DNA of 64,000 bases. Source: Candidatus Latescibacterota bacterium (GTDB taxonomy: Bacteria > Latescibacterota > UBA2968). The first letter of the stretch is position 1, and the number at the start of each line of letters is the position of its first letter. Under the pieces are notes generated by a model. It was not told where the DNA came from. It ran no database searches and saw nothing but the letters and a program-made list of their open reading frames with translations. This document shows, one piece after another, positions 48,945 to 57,121 of this stretch. Made by a program: the position numbers and the translations under genes. The DNA is taken from positions 918,932 to 982,931 of the forward strand of contig OZ220741.1 in assembly GCA_965116885.1 (NCBI GenBank), given 5' to 3'.

Positions 48945-50483
48945 ATGCGACCACTTGCCCTCTCCATACTCGCGATCCTCCTCGCCGTTACTTCGCCACG
49001 CGCGGAAGCCCCCACCTTTAGCAAAGACGTCTCGTCCATCATATACAACAACTGCACATCGTGCCATCGAGACGGTGAAATAGGGCCTATGCCCCTCACA
49101 AATTACAGCGAAATCTCGGCTTATGCAGACATGATCAAACACGTCACAGAAACCCAGTACATGCCCCCGTGGAAACCCGATTACAACTACAGCCAGCACA
49201 TCGGCGCAAGAACACTCACCAAAACAGAAATCAACACAATATCAAACTGGGTCAACGCCGGCTTTCCCCAGGGCGACATCGCCCTTGAAGCCCCCATGCC
49301 GGAATTTCCAACAGGCTCTGTACTCGGCACCCCCGACCTCGTACTCACCATGGCAGAACCCTTTACCATCCGCGGCGACAATGAAGACCAGTACCAGGTC
49401 TTCGTCATCCCAACCCACCTCACAGAAGACCGGGAAGTCGAAGCCGTTGAATTTCGACCCGGCAACAGCAGAATCGTTCACCACGCCCTCATCGGCGCCG
49501 ACATCACGGGCACTGCCCGCCAAAGAGACCTCGAAACCCCGGAATACGGTTACGAATCCTTTGGTGCATTCGGCGCGCCAACCGCTGTTGTCCTCCCTGG
49601 ATATACACCCGGTGCAAAACCCCCGATATATCCCAAAGGCGTTGGACACATACTGCCCAAAAACTCCGACTTACTGATCCAGGTACACTACGCACCCTGG
49701 CCACTTGCAGAATCCGATCAATCCAGCATCAACATATTCTTCAAAAAAGAACCCATCGAAAGAGAAGTGGGTTTTATCACCTTCGCACCGCTCACCACGG
49801 ACGGTGAAAGACTGAGCAGACTATTCAGGGTCCTGCTCGGAGAAGAGCGACACGGCGGCACCCCCGTAGAAAAAATCCAAATTAGCGATATCTTTATCAT
49901 CCCGAAAGATCGAATCAAAACATTTCACACGACACTCTTCATCAATCGGGACATCAGCCTCCTGTCCATCTATCCGCACATGCACTTGTTGGGCAAATCC
50001 TGGGAAATCTATGCCACGGACCCACAGGGCAACCGCACCAACCTCATCCGTATTGAAGACTGGGATTTTAACTGGCAGGGCAATTACACCTTCACCCAAT
50101 ATCAAAAAATAACTGCGGGATCCCAAATCCACGCCATTACCACCTACGACAACACCACAAACAACCCGCTCAACCCCAACTATCCCCCCCGCCAATCGAC
50201 CTGGGGCGAAAAAACCACCGATGAAATGCTCCTGGCTGTCATGGAATACGTACCCTACCGACAAGGCGATGAAAACATCGCCCTCACCGTTGGCCGGGGC
50301 GGCGAAATAAGCATAGACTTCAACGGCAATGGACAAAAGGACTTTGCCGACTTCCTCCTATTCGTCCAGAACTTTGGCCTGAGCCGAAGCGACACCAGCT
50401 ATCAGCGTCACTTTGACCTCAACGAGGATGGACACATCAACTTTACCGACTTTATCATCTTCGCCAATCAATATGCGCAATAA
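48945..50483 (+). CDS. secreted PSCyt1-type cytochrome c domain protein with putative type-2 copper monooxygenase-like HH/HxH/M motifs and C-terminal dockerin-like repeat pair
   Basis: A signal peptide and a heme-binding CTSCH with the PSCyt1-like context IIYNNCTSCHRDGEIGPMPL...YMPPW...NWVNAGFP. Downstream are IVHHALIGA and YPHMHLLGKSW plus Met-rich TDEMLLAVMEY. C-terminal DFNGNGQKDFADFLLFVQNFG...FDLNEDGHINFTDFIIFANQY. Confidence 0.6.
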   Translation: MRPLALSILAILLAVTSPRAEAPTFSKDVSSIIYNNCTSCHRDGEIGPMPLTNYSEISAYADMIKHVTETQYMPPWKPDYNYSQHIGARTLTKTEINTISNWVNAGFPQGDIALEAPMPEFPTGSVLGTPDLVLTMAEPFTIRGDNEDQYQVFVIPTHLTEDREVEAVEFRPGNSRIVHHALIGADITGTARQRDLETPEYGYESFGAFGAPTAVVLPGYTPGAKPPIYPKGVGHILPKNSDLLIQVHYAPWPLAESDQSSINIFFKKEPIEREVGFITFAPLTTDGERLSRLFRVLLGEERHGGTPVEKIQISDIFIIPKDRIKTFHTTLFINRDISLLSIYPHMHLLGKSWEIYATDPQGNRTNLIRIEDWDFNWQGNYTFTQYQKITAGSQIHAITTYDNTTNNPLNPNYPPRQSTWGEKTTDEMLLAVMEYVPYRQGDENIALTVGRGGEISIDFNGNGQKDFADFLLFVQNFGLSRSDTSYQRHFDLNEDGHINFTDFIIFANQYAQ

Positions 50484-50488
50484 AAAAA

Positions 50489-50546
50489 GGGCAACCACGA
50501 AGGTTGCCCCTACAACAATGGGACTGCACAGGGACCGTCCTCTACG
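50489..50546. repeat. two degenerate REP-like hairpin repeats (gggcaaccacgaaggttgcccctaca; ggactgcacagggaccgtcctctacg)
   Basis: Read directly from the sequence. Confidence 0.6.
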
Positions 50547-51420
50547 ACACAACCCGCGTTGTCTCGCCATCGGACGCCAGCAGGGGTAGCTGCCCCCCGT
50601 GGTGAACCCCGGGACCGTACAAAACCGCCTGTTGTTCAGGCGTCAACTCACTCACCCAATCGCCATAGCGTTCCTCGGGCGTAAAATACTTACCCACGGC
50701 GCGAGCCGCTGCGCGAGAAGCGTATTTATAAAGCACAGAACGCCGCTCCCCATCGCTGCGCCACGGCAGCGTACCATGCGTCATCGTCTCCGCAAAAAAG
50801 AGCACATCGCCCGCTTGCATCACCGGTTGATAAACCAGCCCCATATCATCCTCTACGGAACGCACCTCAGCGGGTGTCGGCTCCGCAGTCTTATGACTCC
50901 CCGGCACACAGGCAAACCCCCCATCGCCCTCATTCACATCCGTCAACTGCCACGCCACAGTAATACCCCGACAGAAAATCTTCCCATTCTGCTGGTGATA
51001 CCACACCGACTGGCTAAACGGCTCCCCGCCACCGTGCAGTGTATGCCCCTCTGCACCCTTGTGCGCGCTGATCAACAGCGGCCCGTGATCCAGGCGAAAA
51101 CCCTTGCCGCTAAACTCATTCAAACGACTCACCACAACCGGATGAACCAGCAACTTCCGAAACGGCTCGCGATAGGGTTCGGGCCAGCCCAACATACCCG
51201 TAAGCTCGCGCCTACCCTCTTTACCCGTAAGCGCGGACGACCCTCGCGCCAGACCCCCATCTTCAATAGACCGCGTCCTGATCTCATCCCCATAGTGATC
51301 AATCGCATCATTGCACGCCTTGACCTCATCTGCGGACAATGCCCCCCGCACGACCAGATAGCCGCGCAGGTCAAAAAAGTACTTCTCCTCTTCACTCACT
51401 GTATAAAGATTGTTGCCCAT
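50542..51420 (-). CDS. PhyH-family protein, non-canonical (no HxD/E)
   Basis: ITVAWQLTDVNEGDGGFACVPGSHK and ETMTHGT are PhyH hallmarks, but the motif-1 region reads HTLHGGGEPF...WYHQQNGK. Confidence 0.7.
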   Translation of the reverse strand: MGNNLYTVSEEEKYFFDLRGYLVVRGALSADEVKACNDAIDHYGDEIRTRSIEDGGLARGSSALTGKEGRRELTGMLGWPEPYREPFRKLLVHPVVVSRLNEFSGKGFRLDHGPLLISAHKGAEGHTLHGGGEPFSQSVWYHQQNGKIFCRGITVAWQLTDVNEGDGGFACVPGSHKTAEPTPAEVRSVEDDMGLVYQPVMQAGDVLFFAETMTHGTLPWRSDGERRSVLYKYASRAAARAVGKYFTPEERYGDWVSELTPEQQAVLYGPGVHHGGQLPLLASDGETTRVVS

Positions 51421-51443
51421 GGTAAAACGCTCCTATTTTTATA

Positions 51444-52301
51444 CTACCCCTCTATCCGCACGCTCCCATCCTCACAGACCTCCAGATACGGCACGCGGCC
51501 TTTGTGATTGGAATAGGGACCATACATAACCGACAACTGCTCGGGCGTCATATCCTCGACAATCTCTCGATCCCAATAAATCTCCGGCGGCGACACCTCC
51601 TGAGAAGGACCGCCCCGCGCACACGTGCGCCCCGTGTATTTGAACAAAATGGACCGCCGCGTCGTATCCAACTTCCACGGCGTTGCGCCGTGTGCTTGCG
51701 CGCTATCCATAAAAAAGACGACATCGCCAGCCTCCACCACCGGCTGCTTAATCAAACCCATATCGTCATCTCCAGTACGCACGCCACCTGGCATCGGAAA
51801 CATCGCCTTGTGACTCGAAGGCACACAGGCAAACCCACCCATCCCCTCTTTGCAATCGTGCAATTGCCACGCCACAGTCACACCGCCAACCCAGGTCTTG
51901 CCATTTTGATGGTGATACGCGACATGCGGGCGATGCGGCTCGCCATTTCCGTGCATCGTATGGCCCGCCGTACCCTTATTACTCACAATAAACATCGGAC
52001 CGTGATCCAGCCGAAACCCTTTATCGCACATCACATTGAGATACTTCACCAGCACCGGGTGTGCCAGCATCTCCCGGAAAGGTTCACAATCCGGTTTTGG
52101 AAATTCCAGAATACCGGGCAACATAGGACGCCCCGTACCGGCAAAAGCGACCGACTCCCTCGCCGTTGAACCGCCGACCTGAACCCGGTCCCAGTAGCGA
52201 TCCACAATATCATTCGCCCGCGCAACCTCTTCCTTTGACAACACGCCTTTCACGACGAGGTATCCCGTCAAATCCCAGAAATATCGCTCGCGCGCATCCA
52301 T
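51444..52301 (-). CDS. PhyH-family protein, non-canonical (no HxD/E); close paralog of 50542..51420
   Basis: VTVAWQLHDCKEGMGGFACVPSSHK, with HTMHGNGEPH...AYHHQNGK in the motif-1 region. Confidence 0.7.
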   Translation of the reverse strand: MDARERYFWDLTGYLVVKGVLSKEEVARANDIVDRYWDRVQVGGSTARESVAFAGTGRPMLPGILEFPKPDCEPFREMLAHPVLVKYLNVMCDKGFRLDHGPMFIVSNKGTAGHTMHGNGEPHRPHVAYHHQNGKTWVGGVTVAWQLHDCKEGMGGFACVPSSHKAMFPMPGGVRTGDDDMGLIKQPVVEAGDVVFFMDSAQAHGATPWKLDTTRRSILFKYTGRTCARGGPSQEVSPPEIYWDREIVEDMTPEQLSVMYGPYSNHKGRVPYLEVCEDGSVRIEG

Positions 52302-52414
52302 AAGGCTTCTCCTTTTGAGATAGGTAAATACTTTTCAACATGAACATCAATGAACCTGAAATTTCTAAAAGTCAATTTTTTTCGACAGGGCAGGGTGAGA
52401 AAAACGGCTTTTTA

Positions 52415-53284
52415 TCAAAACAAATCCATCTGCACAGGCGCCTCTACAACCTGCTCCGCGGGCCAGGGCGGCATCTCGCCGACATCTATATCCCCAGACA
52501 ACATCTGGTGAAAATGGCGCGCCAAATGCGGTGCGTAAAAATCATCGGGCGCGTGCATAAACACAAACGGCGTTCGCCCCTCGCGTATCCAATTGGCAAC
52601 CACCGGCACCCACTCTGCAAGAAGCGGCAGATTCTTCTCAACCTCCGGATGACCGACAAACCTCACAAAAGGAAAACGCCCCGTCGCAAGAAACCGAACG
52701 GGAACCTTTGGCTTCTTTCGCTGTGCTTCGCGCCCTGCAACATCATCCGTCTGAGCACTGTGCAACCCCCGCGTATCAAACACCACGCGATCCACGCCAT
52801 GACTTTTGAGCACCGCATGCAACTCATTTTCTGCCTCGGCAAAAAACAGATGGTGCCGAATCTCCACAGCATAAGAAAATGTATCGGGCAGCGTGTCCAA
52901 ATACCTGTCCAATACCGGCAAATCGCGCGGCCCATAAGAGGGAGGCAACTGCAAAAATGACGGACCCACCCGATCCTGTAACACCGTGAGAACATCTACA
53001 AACGCGGCCGTCTCCAGTTCGGCATTTCGCAACCGCTTATCGTGGCTAATCGCACGCGGAAACTTGAGCGCAAAACGAAACCCCGGCGGCGTATCAGCCA
53101 GCCAGCGCATCGCGGCCTTATCCGAAGGCAAACCGTAAAAAGTGGTATTCCCCTCCACAGTATTAAACACAGAGGCGTATTGCTTCAAAAAATCTTTCTG
53201 CACAACATCGGGCGCAAACAACTCGCCCACCCACTCCTTATTGCCCCAAATCGGACAGCCTAAAAAATAACGTTCGATACTCAT
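52415..53284 (-). CDS. DUF72 (UPF0759) family protein
   Basis: The N-terminus YFLGCPIWGNKEWVGELFAP fits the DUF72 signature (GxSGWsy..W.g.fYP). The start is taken as MSIERYF. Confidence 0.65.
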   Translation of the reverse strand: MSIERYFLGCPIWGNKEWVGELFAPDVVQKDFLKQYASVFNTVEGNTTFYGLPSDKAAMRWLADTPPGFRFALKFPRAISHDKRLRNAELETAAFVDVLTVLQDRVGPSFLQLPPSYGPRDLPVLDRYLDTLPDTFSYAVEIRHHLFFAEAENELHAVLKSHGVDRVVFDTRGLHSAQTDDVAGREAQRKKPKVPVRFLATGRFPFVRFVGHPEVEKNLPLLAEWVPVVANWIREGRTPFVFMHAPDDFYAPHLARHFHQMLSGDIDVGEMPPWPAEQVVEAPVQMDLF

Positions 53285-53292
53285 AACAGCCT

Positions 53293-54861
53293 CTATATAG
53301 ACCCCTTGCCACCCACCCACAACCCCACAACACACGGCTGATCCTTATCGCTAAACGGATTGACCAAATCAGTATTAAACCCACCCCAATCACTCGACTT
53401 TTCCATCTCGCCACTGCTCCGCTCACCCGTCAAAATTGCCATCCAATCCACCGCTATCGGTGTCCCCTCTCCCACATCGGACAAATCGATACGCGTATCG
53501 CCGCCCTCGGGTAAATACACCAGATACACATCCCCTGCCAGCGCCAGACAAAGACCGCGCTCCACATACTCATTATCCCCAACCATCTGATTAAACGGCA
53601 GCCCCTCCAAAAAATCCCGCAACTCCCGATACCTCATCCAGCTCTCTGGCACCGGCTCAAACTTAATCAAATCCCACGACGTATTGTCATAATAATAACA
53701 CGGATATGCACCAGCCGCATAAATCGCCCACGTCCACTTCAAAATATCATCCCACTCGGCAGTCGTGCGCCCGCGATAAGTCTTGAGCTGTTCCTCGGCA
53801 AGCTCATACCCGTATTCCACATTCACATAAGGCGTACCCGAATTCCGCATCCTGCGAATCGCCTCTCGATTATAGCGCGCCGCATCGGACAAATGCACCT
53901 GATCCGTCACAAAATCCGACTGGCGATCCGGTTCAGACAGCGTACCCGCGTTTCGAAGTACAACATCGTGCACCGTCAGCAAATGCCCATACGCATCTGC
54001 CTTGCGAATAATAGCCATGCGATCCAGAACATAATCGTGATCGCCCATCTCGCGAAACAGATTCTTGCTCTCCTTGCCCACATCCCAGATCACATTCCCA
54101 AACGCCTGGTACCGCGCAACCGCATAGCGCCAGAACCGATCATCTGCCTCTGTCTCGCGCGCTGGCCAATTCACCTGCTTATTTTGCACCTGCAACATCA
54201 GATGAACCACAATCCCCTTCCCGTGCAAATAGCGCATCAAGCGGTCAAAATCGCGAAAAAAATCGATATTCATCCGCTCGTGATCCGGCGCATCATTCGC
54301 GCCCTCGAACAAATACATCTCCGGAGGACCAAAAAGGTACTCGGGCAACATCTGGCGCGTATCGTCATTCGGCCTTGAACCAAAACCCGTATGGGCGTAC
54401 AAATTCATAACAAAACAATTGAACCCCCGGCTCGCAACCAGATCGACATGCCGATAACACCGCTCGGCATCTGCCTGGTGATAGCTAAACAACCAATCGC
54501 ACTCAAAACCCAGATATAAAAACGGCGTACCATCAGACCATGCAAACCGCTGTGGATATTCCGGATCAATACCCACCAGACCATGCACATCAGCGTTCTC
54601 ATTCCCCACACACTGCACACGCCACTCAGCCCCATCCAGCCCCGAATGCTCAGACCGCGAACGCCCCGTCCAAACACCTTCTACACCCGGACTAAACCGC
54701 ACAACCCATTTATCCCCATCAAAAAAACCGGGCAAATCTTCAACCACCTCGCCCAGTTCATGAGTAAAAGTTGCCGTCACCTCGACCGCAAACGGATTTT
54801 TATCCCCCACATCCGAATACAATTCAAAATCGCACACCGCGTATTGTTGCACCTCTACCAT
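53293..54861 (-). CDS. putative glycoside hydrolase-like protein (DUF5060 N-terminal beta-sandwich + DUF4038/GH5-like TIM barrel, GH140-like)
   Basis: 522 aa with no signal peptide. VASRGFNCFVMNLYAHTGFG and NVIWDVGKE (NEP-like) are GH5-like features. The assignment is tentative. Confidence 0.5.
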   Translation of the reverse strand: MVEVQQYAVCDFELYSDVGDKNPFAVEVTATFTHELGEVVEDLPGFFDGDKWVVRFSPGVEGVWTGRSRSEHSGLDGAEWRVQCVGNENADVHGLVGIDPEYPQRFAWSDGTPFLYLGFECDWLFSYHQADAERCYRHVDLVASRGFNCFVMNLYAHTGFGSRPNDDTRQMLPEYLFGPPEMYLFEGANDAPDHERMNIDFFRDFDRLMRYLHGKGIVVHLMLQVQNKQVNWPARETEADDRFWRYAVARYQAFGNVIWDVGKESKNLFREMGDHDYVLDRMAIIRKADAYGHLLTVHDVVLRNAGTLSEPDRQSDFVTDQVHLSDAARYNREAIRRMRNSGTPYVNVEYGYELAEEQLKTYRGRTTAEWDDILKWTWAIYAAGAYPCYYYDNTSWDLIKFEPVPESWMRYRELRDFLEGLPFNQMVGDNEYVERGLCLALAGDVYLVYLPEGGDTRIDLSDVGEGTPIAVDWMAILTGERSSGEMEKSSDWGGFNTDLVNPFSDKDQPCVVGLWVGGKGSI

Positions 54862-54965
54862 CGGATAAATCCCCTATTTATAAGACTTAATCACATAATA
54901 CAACAACACACCCAGCACAATAACCACAACCCCCACCCAGATCAGCGCCCAAAACTGAACATCCA

Positions 54966-55775
54966 TCACTCACCATCCTCAATCGACACATCACGCACAT
55001 CATCTGTCCAATCAACCCAGATATCATCTCCCGGGGGTTCTTCCTGAAGCTGGGGCATATCGTTCAGCTTGAAATCGTACAACACCGCCTTTCGGATCTG
55101 CCGCGAATAATTGGCCGACGCCATATGCCCAATGCGGTGGTGCCAGAAAACAATATCGCCGGGTTCGCCATGCGTCTGATATGAATTCTCGTCACAAGAT
55201 TGAAACGCCTCTCTATGCTTCTCCATCCGGGGCAATGGCTCCCTGAGATAGCGCGTCTGGTAATCGAAAAAAAACGTGCGATGGCTCTTAGGCCACACCG
55301 TAAAACCACCGCCATCTTCGGGCACATGATCGATATAACCCACCACTGCAAAATTGAACGCATGGGCATCCACATGCAAATGACGCGGTTGGCGCGGGAC
55401 ATCGCCATAGGGCAACGTACAATAAATACCGCGCACACCTGCAGGCTCTGGAAAATTCCCCTTACCCAGCATCTGTTCAGCAGCACCCCACACAACCGGA
55501 TTCTTTGCCAACAGCTCAATCATCCAGGGCTCTCTGCCCACCTTGCGGTATTGCCAGCGATAACCGCGCTTGTAATTGCTCTTATCCATTGATTCCTCTT
55601 CCGGCTTAATGGGACCGACCCAGGAATCCGGATCATCTTTCTTCAAACTCGGCGGCGGATCGTCCCACAGGCGTTCCCGCGCACGGGCGCACAACTCCGG
55701 ATCCAGAGCGCCCTTCTTCACCAGATAGCCCTCGCGTTTAAAAAAACGGATCTCGTCTTCTGTAAGCACAGACAT
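54966..55775 (-). CDS. PhyH-family Fe(II)/2OG oxygenase, canonical HxD
   Basis: RHLHVDAHAF (H-V-D), VVGYIDHVPEDGGGFTVWPKSHR and VFWHHRIGHMASAN. The start is taken as MSVLTEDEIRFF. Confidence 0.7.
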   Translation of the reverse strand: MSVLTEDEIRFFKREGYLVKKGALDPELCARARERLWDDPPPSLKKDDPDSWVGPIKPEEESMDKSNYKRGYRWQYRKVGREPWMIELLAKNPVVWGAAEQMLGKGNFPEPAGVRGIYCTLPYGDVPRQPRHLHVDAHAFNFAVVGYIDHVPEDGGGFTVWPKSHRTFFFDYQTRYLREPLPRMEKHREAFQSCDENSYQTHGEPGDIVFWHHRIGHMASANYSRQIRKAVLYDFKLNDMPQLQEEPPGDDIWVDWTDDVRDVSIEDGE

Positions 55776-55943
55776 GACTCTCTCCTCTTTTGTGCGAATT
55801 GATACTGTCAATCCAATTATAGGCACTTACCTATCGTGAAAAAAGTATAAAGTGACCTGATACAACAAAAAACCCGGTCTTAATAATGAGACCGGGGAGA
55901 AATTTCATATTTGTAGTGGCGCATTCGAGAAGCCCTTTTCTGT

Positions 55944-56231
55944 TCAGGGCTTAGCAAAGGTCATAATGATCGAAACGGCTGTACCGACATTTGCAAGCAA
56001 CACAACGACCAGCAGGCCAATAAGCCACCTGAAATTGCTGTTATTGCGAGTATCCATGTTGGTCAACCGGGTGTCCATGTTGGTCAACCGAGTGTCTATA
56101 TTGGAAAAGCCGTTGTCAACGCGGGTTTCAAGGCCAGTCAAGCGCGTGTTCATTTGTTCAGCAATTCCCTCGACGCGCGCCAGGCGGGCGTCCATTTCGG
56201 ACAGTTTGTCTTGTGGTGTCGGAATCTGCAT
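55944..56231 (-). CDS. small coiled-coil protein with C-terminal TM helix and internal heptapeptide repeats (DTRLTNM x2-3)
   Basis: 95 aa. A 21-bp tandem duplication tccatgttggtcaaccgRgtg at 56053-56094 encodes the repeats. No family was recognised. Confidence 0.4.
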   Translation of the reverse strand: MQIPTPQDKLSEMDARLARVEGIAEQMNTRLTGLETRVDNGFSNIDTRLTNMDTRLTNMDTRNNSNFRWLIGLLVVVLLANVGTAVSIIMTFAKP

Positions 56232-56367
56232 GGGTTTCTTTTTTTGTGTGTAGTGGTCTATACTCCGTCTATGGAATTATACCAGACCTTTTAGAATTAA
56301 GCAAGTCCTATCGGCGTTTTTTAGCATTGCCCTGTTATACTTCGCCTGTGTCTTTACTCTAATTTAC

Positions 56368-56718
56368 CTACCCCTCATCCCGCTGATACGACGCCGTAAT
56401 CTCGTGATCTATACCCCCGCGAATATTGAAACGGCTGATCACCTCCATCTCGACCGGATCGCACAGCGCCACCAGATCGTTCAAAATCTGATTCGTCACA
56501 GGCTCCATATAAATCCCCTGATCTCGGAACGACCAGAAATAGTGCTTCAGCGACCGCAACTCCACACACCGCTGACCTGGAACATACCAGACCACAATCG
56601 TCGCAAAATCCGGCTGCCCCGTCTTGGGACACAGCGACGTAAACTCCGGAAACGTAAACTCAATCGTATAACGCCGCTCCGGATTCGGATTGTCAAACGC
56701 CTCTAATATGGAACTCAT
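56368..56718 (-). CDS. queF: NADPH-dependent 7-cyano-7-deazaguanine reductase, type I
   Basis: 116 aa with the QueF motif and catalytic Cys in EFTSLCPKTGQPDFATI and a T-fold C-terminus. Confidence 0.85.
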   Translation of the reverse strand: MSSILEAFDNPNPERRYTIEFTFPEFTSLCPKTGQPDFATIVVWYVPGQRCVELRSLKHYFWSFRDQGIYMEPVTNQILNDLVALCDPVEMEVISRFNIRGGIDHEITASYQRDEG

Positions 56719-56772
56719 ACCTCATCCTTCACACTTCACATCTTATCTGCGTTCATCTGCGTCATCTGCGGA

Positions 56773-57117
56773 TCATACTTCATCCTCGCGCTCGTACATC
56801 ACAGACACCCGCGTCTCAATCCCCCCCCGCACCGTAAAATCACCCGTCACATCTAACGTCACAGGATCGCAGGCCGCTACAAAATCATCTACAATCCTAT
56901 TAACCACACCCTCGTAAAACACCTTCTCATCCCGAAACGACCCCAAATACCGCTTCAGCGACATCTGCTCCACACATACCTCTCCCGGCACATAAGAAAT
57001 CGAAATCGCGGCAAAAATCGGCTGCCCCGTCACCGCGTACAGCGCCGTAAACTCCGACGTCTCAAAATCAATCGTATAAACCCGCCCGCGCTCGGGATTG
57101 TCAACACATTCTAACAT
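56773..57117 (-). CDS. QueF-like T-fold protein lacking the catalytic cysteine (Cys replaced by Tyr)
   Basis: MLECVDNPERGRVYTIDFETSEFTALYAVTGQPIFAAI is the same motif with LCP replaced by LYA. It is ~45% identical to the adjacent queF. The start is at the ATG revcomp of cat 57115-57117. Confidence 0.6.
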   Translation of the reverse strand: MLECVDNPERGRVYTIDFETSEFTALYAVTGQPIFAAISISYVPGEVCVEQMSLKRYLGSFRDEKVFYEGVVNRIVDDFVAACDPVTLDVTGDFTVRGGIETRVSVMYEREDEV

Positions 57118-57121
57118 AAAA

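Noticed and set aside
50599-51507. 302-aa plus-strand ORF
   Set aside because: It is antisense to the PhyH paralog 50542-51420 and has a low-complexity R/H/L/P composition.
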